DNA of 64,000 bases, from assembly GCA_965279135.1 (NCBI GenBank), contig OZ257133.1, positions 475,274 to 539,273 on the forward strand. Direction: 5' to 3'. The notes under the pieces are model-generated. The model saw only the letters and a program-made list of their open reading frames with translations, was not told where the DNA came from and searched no databases. How positions within the stretch are numbered: the first letter of the stretch is position 1; each line of letters opens with the position of its first letter. Position numbers and translations under genes: made by a program. This stretch comes from Croceimicrobium sp. GTDB taxonomy: Bacteria; Bacteroidota; Bacteroidia; Flavobacteriales; Schleiferiaceae. Positions 20,746 through 29,592 of the stretch are shown piece after piece.

Positions 20746-21984
20746 TTAAAGCTCGAAAATATGATGGATGGTACGAAGATCTCCATTTAGGTCGTCCCCA
20801 TTTTTAAGCTTTCTGGCAAATTGACCGGTGATACGGTTCAACATTTGCGTTGCCAGAAACTCGGCCTGATCCAGGGATATCTCAGGGAATTTTTTCTGAA
20901 GGTTCCGGAGCTCTTTCTCCTTCCAGTCATCCATCTTAGATCGCATGGCCTGTAGGGTAGGCGCTACCCTGCGAGTTTCAAGCCAATCGTAGAACTCATC
21001 AATCTTAGTATCGATTATTTGTTCCGCTAGCGGAATTTGCGATTGGCGGTTCTTGATACTTTCTTCTGCTACATCAGAGAGATGATCAACATCTACAACC
21101 CTGAAGTTTTGGGACTGATAGAGTTGCGGATCAACATTTCGTGGCATGCTTAAATCCAGAAGTAAGCGGGGTTTCTGGATTTTGAAATCTTGTGCATGAA
21201 CCGTTGCTTCGCTTGCTCCGGTAGCGACAATAACAATGTCTGCCTGATTAAGTCCATCCTTAAGATGATCCAGATCCAAATGCTTCACTCCAAAACGATC
21301 TGCCAGGCGTACCGCCTTCTCTTCGGTTCTGTTTATGAGGGTAATATCCTTAACTCCGGTTTGATTAACCAGATTCTCACAGGTGGTGCGTCCCATCTTA
21401 CCCATTCCGTAGAGGAGAACAGAAGGTTCAGAATTAATCTTGAGATATTCCTTTACCTGCAGTACTGCGGCGAAAGCCACTGAAGCGGCGCCGGTACTAA
21501 GGCTAGTGTCGTTTTTTACCCGCTTGCTACATTGTATACCAATGTTCACTAAGCGATCGAGAAATGTATTATGCGCGGAAAGCTCTTTGGAGCGCTGATA
21601 GGCTTTCTTAACCTGACCAACAATTTCAAAATCCCCAAGAATCTTCGACTCCAATCCAGAGCTTACTCTAAAGAGATGATTTATCGCTTCGCGGTTTTGT
21701 AGGATGTTTTGATAGGGTTCAAAGTCTTCTTTGCTATTTCCAGTGTGGTGGCAAAAAAGAGAGATCAGATTTCGAGGGCAATTGCCAAAAGCATAAATCT
21801 CGGTGCGATTGCAAGTAGATAGAACCAAAATCCCATCACCGTTTTCCTCCCGATATTCCTTGATTAGGTTTTCTGCCTGATCTTCGCTGAGCGAGAATTT
21901 CTCCCTCACTGAAACATCAGCTTTTTGGTGATCGATACCTACCAAAAAGAAATTCGCAAAACGACTTACTTCGAACTCCTTCAT
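20746..21984 (-). CDS. hemA: glutamyl-tRNA reductase
   Basis: LSTCNRTEIY and the NAD-binding GMGKMG. The start is taken at MKEFEV (21984). Confidence 0.92.
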   Translation of the reverse strand: MKEFEVSRFANFFLVGIDHQKADVSVREKFSLSEDQAENLIKEYREENGDGILVLSTCNRTEIYAFGNCPRNLISLFCHHTGNSKEDFEPYQNILQNREAINHLFRVSSGLESKILGDFEIVGQVKKAYQRSKELSAHNTFLDRLVNIGIQCSKRVKNDTSLSTGAASVAFAAVLQVKEYLKINSEPSVLLYGMGKMGRTTCENLVNQTGVKDITLINRTEEKAVRLADRFGVKHLDLDHLKDGLNQADIVIVATGASEATVHAQDFKIQKPRLLLDLSMPRNVDPQLYQSQNFRVVDVDHLSDVAEESIKNRQSQIPLAEQIIDTKIDEFYDWLETRRVAPTLQAMRSKMDDWKEKELRNLQKKFPEISLDQAEFLATQMLNRITGQFARKLKNGDDLNGDLRTIHHIFEL

Positions 21985-22152
21985 ATTGCGTTGGCAAAAA
22001 TATCCCAATCAGCACCACTAAAATTACCTTGATAGGTAACAAAAATAACCCGATAGGTTGAGCGATGCTTATTTAGAATCATTCTTCTTAACTTTGCTGT
22101 TTCCTGCACTATCATTGCGATTGCAAGAATAAATTAAACGCTGTATTCATAA

Positions 22153-22170
22153 CTATGATATTTATCATAG
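22153..22170. promoter_or_regulatory. 7-bp inverted repeat CTATGAT-N4-ATCATAG in the hemA / AraC divergent region (candidate operator)
   Basis: A perfect palindrome read directly from the sequence. It sits just upstream of the likely AraC start. Confidence 0.35.
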
Positions 22171-22184
22171 TCTATTTTTGCCCC

Positions 22185-23090
22185 ATGGAAATGTCCCTCG
22201 AAATACTCAAAGAAGAAATAAATACCCCAAAAAGTAGTGCTCGACAAAGTTCCTTAGGGGATGATTTGCGCATGATTAAGGTGCAACACAACGCCTCGGG
22301 AATACTTCCTCTAAAATTGGAAGCCGATAAAGGCGTAATCCAGTTTTACTTTGCTTTTGAGGGATCGGCGGAATTTGCTTTTCACGGAGGCTCGTATCGC
22401 ATGGGGCTCGGGACGGAGCGTTGTTTATTATTCTACAATCCGCTCCAGGATCTGCCCATGGAAGTCTTGGTGAAGCCTGAAAGCAAAATGCTCTTTCTTT
22501 ATTTGAGTGTAGAAAGCTTACATCGGATGTTTTTGGAAAGCAGTGATGAGCTTGCCTTTATCAATGCGGAGAACGTGGATAAGAAATTCTATTCCGAAAC
22601 GGCCTTAACTCCCGCAACCATGGTGGCACTAAGTCAGGCTTTTCAGATGCCTGTAAATGGTCCTGCTCAATCTGTTTTTGAAAAAGCTAAGGTATTAGAG
22701 ATCCTGGCCTGGTATTTTAACCGCAGCGAGGACGCGGATATTGAGGCCTGTCCATTCCTGGAAAATGAAGATAATGTTCAGAAAATTCGTTTGGCCAAGA
22801 AAATTATAATCGATCGAATGACCGATCCACCTACCATACCTGAGCTTGCCAAGGAGGTAGCCTTAAATGAATACCGTTTAAAAGAAGGTTTTAAGAACAT
22901 TTATGGCACAACTGTATTTAAATACCTGAGCGATTACCGCATGGATGTAGCCCGACATATATTGGATGAAGGAAAACTAAAGGTAAATGAAGCAGCCTAT
23001 CAAATTGGCTATACTAATCCTAGTCACTTTATAGCTGCTTTCCGCAAGAAATTCGGAGTTACGCCAAAGAAATACTTAATGAATCGATAG
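22185..23090 (+). CDS. AraC-family transcriptional regulator
   Basis: C-terminal dual HTH (...AYQIGYTNPSHFIAAFRKKFGVTPKKY). Start at ATG 22185; the alternative is 22155. Confidence 0.85.
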   Translation: MEMSLEILKEEINTPKSSARQSSLGDDLRMIKVQHNASGILPLKLEADKGVIQFYFAFEGSAEFAFHGGSYRMGLGTERCLLFYNPLQDLPMEVLVKPESKMLFLYLSVESLHRMFLESSDELAFINAENVDKKFYSETALTPATMVALSQAFQMPVNGPAQSVFEKAKVLEILAWYFNRSEDADIEACPFLENEDNVQKIRLAKKIIIDRMTDPPTIPELAKEVALNEYRLKEGFKNIYGTTVFKYLSDYRMDVARHILDEGKLKVNEAAYQIGYTNPSHFIAAFRKKFGVTPKKYLMNR

Positions 23091-23096
23091 TCTTCA

Positions 23097-24122
23097 ATGA
23101 AGGAAGCAATTTTGCTGGTTAATCTGGGTTCACCGGATTCCTATGAAGTAAAGGATGTTCGTAGATATTTAGACGAATTCCTGATGGACGAAAGGGTGGT
23201 GGATTTTGCCAAATGGTTCCGCACCTTTTTAGTTAAAGGTATAATTCTTAACACTCGACCTCCTAAATCTGCTGAGGCGTATAAAAGCATCTGGTGGGAT
23301 GAAGGGTCTCCCTTAATGGTTTTATCAAAGCGGCTCCAAGCTCAGGTTCAGGAGCATAGTGAGTGGCCTGTGGCCTTGGGAATGCGTTATGGCAATCCTT
23401 CCATTCAATCGGCTATACAAGGTCTTCTTGATGAGCATGCTGATTTGGAGCGCATAAGCTTAATACCGCTTTATCCGCATTATGCGATGAGTAGCTATGA
23501 GACAGTAGTGGTTAAAGCAAGAACAGTAATTGAGGAGCATTTTCCGCACTTGGAGATGAAAGTTCAACGCGCATTTTATGAAGATCCACGATATATTTCA
23601 ATTCTCAGTAATTCAATCGCAGCGGGGCTTCCAGAGGATTATGATCACCTTCTGTTTAGTTATCATGGAGTGCCTGAGCGACAAATTAAGGGTTCTGATG
23701 TAAGTAATTCACATTGTTTACGACTAGATAATTGTTGTGCAAAAGACAGCCCGGCTCAATCCTTTTGCTACCGACACCAAACTCTGGCAACCACCGACCT
23801 GGTGGCGCGTCAATTGAATCTGGAAGAAGGAAAGTATTCGACCAGTTTTCAGAGTAGGTTAGGTCCCATTAAATGGTTAGATCCTTTTACGGATAAGACC
23901 ATTGCGGAAATGGCTCAGAAAGGAATTAAAAAGCTGGCGGTGGTTTGTCCAGCCTTTGTTTCGGATTGTTTGGAAACGATTGAAGAAATCGGCGTTGAAG
24001 GGAAAGAAATCTTCCTGGAAAATGGAGGTGAGGAGTTTACCCTGATTCCTTGCTTAAACGATCAAAAAGACTGGGCCGCCTACCTTGCTGAACTTGGCAC
24101 GGAGTTATATGTTAAACAATGA
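23097..24122 (+). CDS. hemH: ferrochelatase
   Basis: LLVNLGSPDS, LYPHYAMSSYET and SYHGVPE. Confidence 0.92.
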   Translation: MKEAILLVNLGSPDSYEVKDVRRYLDEFLMDERVVDFAKWFRTFLVKGIILNTRPPKSAEAYKSIWWDEGSPLMVLSKRLQAQVQEHSEWPVALGMRYGNPSIQSAIQGLLDEHADLERISLIPLYPHYAMSSYETVVVKARTVIEEHFPHLEMKVQRAFYEDPRYISILSNSIAAGLPEDYDHLLFSYHGVPERQIKGSDVSNSHCLRLDNCCAKDSPAQSFCYRHQTLATTDLVARQLNLEEGKYSTSFQSRLGPIKWLDPFTDKTIAEMAQKGIKKLAVVCPAFVSDCLETIEEIGVEGKEIFLENGGEEFTLIPCLNDQKDWAAYLAELGTELYVKQ

Positions 24123-24168
24123 AATATCTCACTGAAGGTATTTTGCTAACCCTAAAGAATTTAGACTG

Positions 24169-24885
24169 ATGAAGCAGATCTACTTAATCTTATTAGCTTT
24201 TGCAGGCCTTAGCCTAAACGCACAAACTGTTACAGACCATAGTGTTGTAGATTGTAATGGGAATCAAAACTCTATTTACCAGGTACTTAGTACCGGAACT
24301 CCCCTGATTGTGGCCTCCAAAGGTTTCGATTGTAGTATATGTGTGAGCCGTGCTCCTGGTTGGGGTACTTGGGCTACCAACAATTCCTCAGTTGAGGTTT
24401 GGGGTGCAATGACAAATACCTATAGTGCTAATACCCCTTCTTGTGCACAGGTGAACAATTGGGTAAATACCCATGGCTGGAGTAACATCTTCACCTTTGT
24501 AGATGCCAATAAGTTCTTTTTCGAGTTCGGTACGCCCAGATACATTGTATATGATCCGGCAGATAGCAGTATCGCTTACGAAGGAGGGAATCAATCTACA
24601 GCAAGAAGTACCGCATTGAGTTTGGTGAATAATACCATTTCAGTAGCCGAGAATCCCCTTGAAGTGATTCATTACTACTATCAAAATGGAAGTCTTGAAT
24701 TCAAAAATATTCCGGAAGGAAATACCCAAGTAGATGTTTACAACCTAGCTGGTAAGAAAGAGCGTTCTTTCAATCTTAATTTAAATCAATCCAGCTTTCC
24801 TGTAAGTGATTTACCTAAAGGGATTTACCTATTAAGATTGACTAATTCTACTTCTGCGCTTACCCGCAAAATAGTTGTTTCCTAA
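24169..24885 (+). CDS. secreted hypothetical protein with a T9SS C-terminal domain
   Basis: Signal peptide. CTD-like C-terminus (...VDVYNLAGK...GIYLLRLTN...). Confidence 0.65.
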   Translation: MKQIYLILLAFAGLSLNAQTVTDHSVVDCNGNQNSIYQVLSTGTPLIVASKGFDCSICVSRAPGWGTWATNNSSVEVWGAMTNTYSANTPSCAQVNNWVNTHGWSNIFTFVDANKFFFEFGTPRYIVYDPADSSIAYEGGNQSTARSTALSLVNNTISVAENPLEVIHYYYQNGSLEFKNIPEGNTQVDVYNLAGKKERSFNLNLNQSSFPVSDLPKGIYLLRLTNSTSALTRKIVVS

Positions 24886-24939
24886 GCATCTGCTATCCCA
24901 TTTCAAAGACTTAGCTTTGCCGGCTCTTAAGAGCACCCT

Positions 24940-26742
24940 ATGAAGCTAAGAAACATCGCGATAATCGCCCACGTTGACCATGGTAAAACGACCTTGGTTG
25001 ATAAGATGCTGCTTTCCTGTAAGATTTTCGAGGATCATGAGAATCCTGGAGAATTGATCATGGATAGTAATGACCTGGAAAGAGAAAGAGGCATCACCAT
25101 TCTAGCCAAGAATGTTTCCGTTCGCTATGGTGATTATAAAATCAATATCCTCGACACCCCGGGACACAGTGATTTCGGTGGTGAGGTAGAGCGAGTGTTA
25201 AACATGGCCGATTCTGTGGTGCTTCTCGTTGATGCTTTTGAAGGACCCATGCCTCAAACCCGCTTCGTATTGGCAAAGGCACTAGAGTTGGGTATGCGCC
25301 CAATCGTGGTCATCAACAAAGTGGATAAGCCCAATTGTACTCCGGAAGAAGTGTATGAGATGGTCTTTGATCTAATGTTTAGTCTGGAGGCTACTGAAGA
25401 ACAACTCGATTTCCCTGTAATTTACGGCAGTGCTAAGCAGGGCTGGATGAGTGAAGATTGGCAAAAGCCCACTGATAATATAACGGCCTTACTCGATACG
25501 ATTATTGAGCATACCCCTCCACCCAAATTACGTGAAGGTAGTCCTCAGATGTTAGTAACTAGTTTAGACTATTCCTCTTACATCGGTCGTATTGCGATTG
25601 GAAGAGTGCATCGCGGAATTCTAAAAGCCAACAGCCCGGTGAGCTTAGTTAAGCGAGATGGCAGCATTGTTAAGTCGAGGATAAAGGAGCTCTTTGTTTT
25701 TGAAGGATTTGAAAAACGAAAGGTTGATGAAGTCGGAAGTGGAGAGATTTGTGCCGTTACTGGGATAGAAGGTTTTGATATTGGCGATACCATAGCCGAT
25801 GCAGAAAGCCCGGAAGCTTTACCCACAATTAGCATTGATGAGCCTACCATGAGCATGGGCTTCACAATTAACGATTCTCCTTTCTTCGGCAAGGAAGGCA
25901 AGTATGTAACCTCTCGTCATATTAAAGATCGCCTCGATAAAGAGTTGGAAAAGAACTTGGCATTGAGAGTTGAGGAAACGGAGAGTGCTGATGCCTGGAG
26001 AGTTTACGGACGAGGTGTATTGCACCTTTCCGTACTTATCGAAACCATGCGTCGGGAGGGTTATGAATTGCAGATTGGGCAGCCTCAAGTAATCTTCAAG
26101 CAAATTGATGGGGTTAAGTGCGAGCCGGTTGAAGAGTTAAACATTGATCTACCGGAAGCAATTCACGGTAAGGCAATTGAGGCCGTAACGCTTCGCAAGG
26201 GAGAGTTAAAACAGATGGTGCCCAAGGGCGATCGCATGCATTTAGATTTTGAAATTCCTTCTCGCGGGATCATTGGACTCAGAAACTATTTGATGACCGC
26301 CACAGCAGGTGAGGCGGTAATGTCGCACCGCTTTATAGAGTATCAGCCCCATAAAGGCGATATCCCTGGTCGACAAAATGGCTCTCTTATTGCTTTAGAA
26401 ACTGGTAAGGCCATTCCTTATTCTATTAATAACCTTCAAGATCGGGGTCGATTTTTTATTCCCCCTAATGCGGAGATTTATGAGGGTCAGGTAGTTGGTG
26501 AAAATAGCCGCCCCGGAGATCTGACTATAAATATCACCAAGACTAAGAAATTGAGCAATATGCGTTCAGCCGGAGCGGATGATAAGATGCGTATTGCTCC
26601 TCATATCGAATTTTCTCTGGAGGAAGCCTTAGAATACATTCAATCTGATGAGTATGTAGAGGTTACTCCGGAAAGCATTCGCCTTCGTAAAGTCCTTTTA
26701 CGGGAAGCGGAAAGAAGACGAGGGGAGAAGATCAACTTTTAA
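24940..26742 (+). CDS. typA: translational GTPase TypA/BipA
   Basis: [30 protein letters not shown] and NKVDK. Confidence 0.95.
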   Translation: MKLRNIAIIAHVDHGKTTLVDKMLLSCKIFEDHENPGELIMDSNDLERERGITILAKNVSVRYGDYKINILDTPGHSDFGGEVERVLNMADSVVLLVDAFEGPMPQTRFVLAKALELGMRPIVVINKVDKPNCTPEEVYEMVFDLMFSLEATEEQLDFPVIYGSAKQGWMSEDWQKPTDNITALLDTIIEHTPPPKLREGSPQMLVTSLDYSSYIGRIAIGRVHRGILKANSPVSLVKRDGSIVKSRIKELFVFEGFEKRKVDEVGSGEICAVTGIEGFDIGDTIADAESPEALPTISIDEPTMSMGFTINDSPFFGKEGKYVTSRHIKDRLDKELEKNLALRVEETESADAWRVYGRGVLHLSVLIETMRREGYELQIGQPQVIFKQIDGVKCEPVEELNIDLPEAIHGKAIEAVTLRKGELKQMVPKGDRMHLDFEIPSRGIIGLRNYLMTATAGEAVMSHRFIEYQPHKGDIPGRQNGSLIALETGKAIPYSINNLQDRGRFFIPPNAEIYEGQVVGENSRPGDLTINITKTKKLSNMRSAGADDKMRIAPHIEFSLEEALEYIQSDEYVEVTPESIRLRKVLLREAERRRGEKINF

Positions 26743-26752
26743 AATAGAAAAA

Positions 26753-26785
26753 GCCGTCTCGATCAATTGTCGAGACGGCTTTTCC
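26753..26785 (+). terminator. rho-independent terminator of typA
   Basis: GCCGTCTCGA-TCAATTG-TCGAGACGGC followed by TTTTCC. Confidence 0.8.
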
Positions 26786-26970
26786 ATTCCAAAAAAACAC
26801 CAAAAAAATGTATCGGCAGGGCCGACACGGAAAACAAAACAAGCTCTCTCTGGAGCTCACCAGCCGTTTGAGTTAAGGCCTGGCTGGATTGAATTGTAAA
26901 GAACTACTTTAATTACAGTTCAAATGTAGGGGGTCAATGCAGGCCTAAAAATGACTTTTGTCAGTTCAAT

Positions 26971-27315
26971 CTAATTTTTAGCATCGAGTTCCAATGCGGC
27001 AGCCACAATTTGATCGATGGCCTCAATTGGGATGTCATTTCCAGAGAAGAGTTGAATACTACTTATCTGGCGACGCTCTCTAGATTGCAGCAAGCCAGTA
27101 GGGTCTTTGAATTGATTAGCCCGCGTAAACGAAAGGTCCAGACTATCATCCTTATTAGGCTTTAGATAACAAACCCACCTTTTACCGTAGTAGAAGGGCA
27201 GGCCGTAGGAAATTCTCGCCTCCAATCCCTTTTTTAGGAAGTATTGGTGCAGATAGGCCAGGATTTCGGATTGAGGTCCTTTAAAGTTTAAGATGTACTC
27301 TTCTGCCGGATTCAT
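26971..27315 (-). CDS. DUF1801 (YdhG-like) domain protein
   Basis: 114 aa. The family assignment is an impression from GLPFYYGKRWVCYL-type sequence. Confidence 0.55.
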   Translation of the reverse strand: MNPAEEYILNFKGPQSEILAYLHQYFLKKGLEARISYGLPFYYGKRWVCYLKPNKDDSLDLSFTRANQFKDPTGLLQSRERRQISSIQLFSGNDIPIEAIDQIVAAALELDAKN

Positions 27316-27331
27316 TTTGGTAAGCTTTTCC

Positions 27332-27411
27332 GCTTCGCTGCTTCGTTGCTTCGTTGCTTCGTTGCTTTTCTGCTTCGTTGCTTTGCTGCTTCGTTGCTTC
27401 GTTGCTTCGTT
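27332..27411. repeat. 8-nt microsatellite, ten units of GCTTCGTT (= GCAACGAA on the minus strand)
   Basis: Read directly: GCTTCGCT GCTTCGTT x3 GCTTTTCT GCTTCGTT GCTTTGCT GCTTCGTT x3. It ends 16 nt upstream of the DUF1801 start codon. Confidence 0.95.
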
Positions 27412-27511
27412 GTGCTAGCGATAATACTGTAATTAGTAGGAATCCGCAATAAGATAGCCGATATAAGGAGCAATTATTGGCTCATTAAAATATCTATGAA
27501 ATGGTTTCGGT

Positions 27512-27554
27512 GTTTAAACATTAATCATATATTTGCTATTCAAAGTTTAAACAT
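27512..27554 (+). promoter_or_regulatory. candidate promoter of the yceI-family gene: TATATTTG -7 box (27528-27535) bracketed by two GTTTAAACAT copies
   Basis: TATATTTG matches the Bacteroidota TAnnTTTG consensus. GTTTAAACAT occurs at 27512-27521 and 27545-27554. Confidence 0.45.
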
Positions 27555-27572
27555 CGAATTAAATAAAATACT

Positions 27573-28121
27573 ATGGAAACTAGAAAATGGGCAATAGACC
27601 CTGCACACACCGACATTCAATTTAAGGCTAAGCACCTAATGATTACTACTGTTACCGGAAGCTTTGGAGATTTCTCCGGTACAGTTACTACAGAAGGTGA
27701 AGATTTTTCGAAAGGATCATTTGAGTTTGCCGCGAAAGTAGATTCCATTAGCACCGGCAACGCAGAGCGAGATGGTCATTTAAAAAGTGATGATTTCTTC
27801 AATGCCGAGAACTATCCGGAATTGAGCTTTAAAAGCACCGAGATCAGAAACGTTGATGGAAATGAATTTGAAGTGGTGGGAGATATGACCATCCGCGATG
27901 TAAGCAAGCCGGTAACGCTTCAATTGGAGTTTGGAGGAATCGCCAAAGATCCCTGGGGTAATGTTAAAGCTGGATTTTCCTTTAAAGCGAAGGTAAATCG
28001 CAAAGATTTCGGTTTGAAATTTCACGTAGTGAATGAGGCAGGAAACCTTTTGGTTTCTGATGAAATCCGTATTGAAGGCGAAGTGCAATTAGCGGCCGTA
28101 GAAGCTAGTGTAGAAGCCTAA
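27573..28121 (+). CDS. YceI-family periplasmic polyisoprenoid-binding protein
   Basis: WAIDPAHTDIQFKAKHLMITTVTGSF and RDGHLKSDDFF. Confidence 0.88.
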   Translation: METRKWAIDPAHTDIQFKAKHLMITTVTGSFGDFSGTVTTEGEDFSKGSFEFAAKVDSISTGNAERDGHLKSDDFFNAENYPELSFKSTEIRNVDGNEFEVVGDMTIRDVSKPVTLQLEFGGIAKDPWGNVKAGFSFKAKVNRKDFGLKFHVVNEAGNLLVSDEIRIEGEVQLAAVEASVEA

Positions 28122-28145
28122 AAAATTCTCTCGATTGGTTGTAAA

Positions 28146-28178
28146 ACCTCCGGTCTTTCTGAGATCGGGGGTTTTTTT
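28146..28178 (+). terminator. rho-independent terminator after the yceI-family gene
   Basis: ACCTCCGGTC-TTTCTGA-GATCGGGGGT followed by TTTTTT. Confidence 0.75.
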
Positions 28179-28209
28179 ATGCCTATCTTTTTTGCCTGAT
28201 ACCAAACCT

Positions 28210-29583
28210 ATGGAACACTACGATTATCTCTTACTCGGCACCGGTCAGGTTACGGGAACTCTCCTCGCTGAACTCATACCTACTAATAAGAAGATAGCCG
28301 TTATTGAAGCAGCTGATGTTGGAGGATCCTGCGTAAATTTTGGCTGTACCCCAACTAAAACTATGGTGGCTGCGGCCAGGGCTGTTTATACGGCAAAGCG
28401 CGGAGCATTCTATGGTTTTGAATCTCTCACCCCAAAGATTGACTATGCACGGATGCGCGAGCGAATGAATGAGGTGCGGTACGGCGGTCGTGATGGTTTA
28501 AGCTCCTGGATGGAGAGCAGTCCTAATGTGGATTTAATTAGAGGGCGGGGTGTTTTTACAGGAGAAAAGACCCTTTCCGTGAACGGTAGGATTTTAAGTG
28601 CGGATCAGATTTTTATTAATACTGGAACCCATCATTGGGCACCGCCGATACCTGGGTTGCATGATGTTCCATATTTAGACAGCGCCCGTTTGTTAGATCT
28701 GGAAGAGATTCCCGAATCCTTACTCATTTTGGGTGGCGGATATATTGGCCTGGAGTTCGCACAGATTTATCAGAGATTAGGTTCAAAGGTCACCCTTATC
28801 CAACGCAATGGCCAGCTAATGCCAAGGGAAGATGAGGATATAGCGCGGTCTGTACAGGAGAAGCTGGAAGGAGAGGGAGTACGCGTTCATCTTTCCACTA
28901 AAACCCTGGAAGTGCGGGAATCAGACGAATCGATCAGTCTTCGACTAGATAAAGAGGGTGAAGAATTTGAAGTTGATGGAAGCCACATACTAGTTGCGAC
29001 GGGGCGAAGACCTAATAGTCAAAACATTGGACTGGATTTAGCGGGAATCGAGGTCGATGATCGTGGCTATATAATTACGGGAGATCAATGTCAAACCACT
29101 GCAGAGGGAGTTTTTGCCTTAGGCGACGTAAATGGAAAAGGAGCCTTTACCCATACTTCTGTGAATGATGCGGAGATAGTAATAAATCACCTTTTCGGAT
29201 CAGGGCATCGGAAAACTTCAGACCGCATTCCCATTTATGCCCTCTTTACTGATCCACCTCTGGGTAGGGTAGGATTAAGTGAGAAGGAAGCTTTGGCAAG
29301 AGGAAAGAAGGTTTTAAAAGCCACACGAGAGATGAGTCGCATTTCCCGGGCGAAGGAGATGGGCGAGACGCATGGCTTCGCTAAATTATTGGTAGATGCC
29401 GAGACCGATCTGATTCTTGGTGCAGCTATTCACGGTGTCGGTGGAGATGAGATTATCAACATGTTTGCAGCGATTATGCATAGTGGTATACCTTGTAAAA
29501 GCTATCGGGAGGTAGTCTTAGTTCATCCCACCGTTTCTGAACTTATGCCTTGGGTGTTGGATGGACTGGAACCTATAAACTAA
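28210..29583 (+). CDS. pyridine nucleotide-disulfide oxidoreductase (MerA/Lpd-like, class I)
   Basis: GGSCVNFGCTPTK redox-active disulfide, and GGGYIGLEFA. Start at MEHYDY (28210), because the track start at 28135 would read through the terminator. Confidence 0.85.
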   Translation: MEHYDYLLLGTGQVTGTLLAELIPTNKKIAVIEAADVGGSCVNFGCTPTKTMVAAARAVYTAKRGAFYGFESLTPKIDYARMRERMNEVRYGGRDGLSSWMESSPNVDLIRGRGVFTGEKTLSVNGRILSADQIFINTGTHHWAPPIPGLHDVPYLDSARLLDLEEIPESLLILGGGYIGLEFAQIYQRLGSKVTLIQRNGQLMPREDEDIARSVQEKLEGEGVRVHLSTKTLEVRESDESISLRLDKEGEEFEVDGSHILVATGRRPNSQNIGLDLAGIEVDDRGYIITGDQCQTTAEGVFALGDVNGKGAFTHTSVNDAEIVINHLFGSGHRKTSDRIPIYALFTDPPLGRVGLSEKEALARGKKVLKATREMSRISRAKEMGETHGFAKLLVDAETDLILGAAIHGVGGDEIINMFAAIMHSGIPCKSYREVVLVHPTVSELMPWVLDGLEPIN

Positions 29584-29592
29584 AATGAATTA

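Noticed and set aside
28135-28209. N-terminal extension of the oxidoreductase ORF
   Set aside because: The extension would be translated through the yceI-family gene's terminator hairpin and T-tract. The conserved FAD-binding N-terminus begins at MEHYDYLLLGTG (28210).
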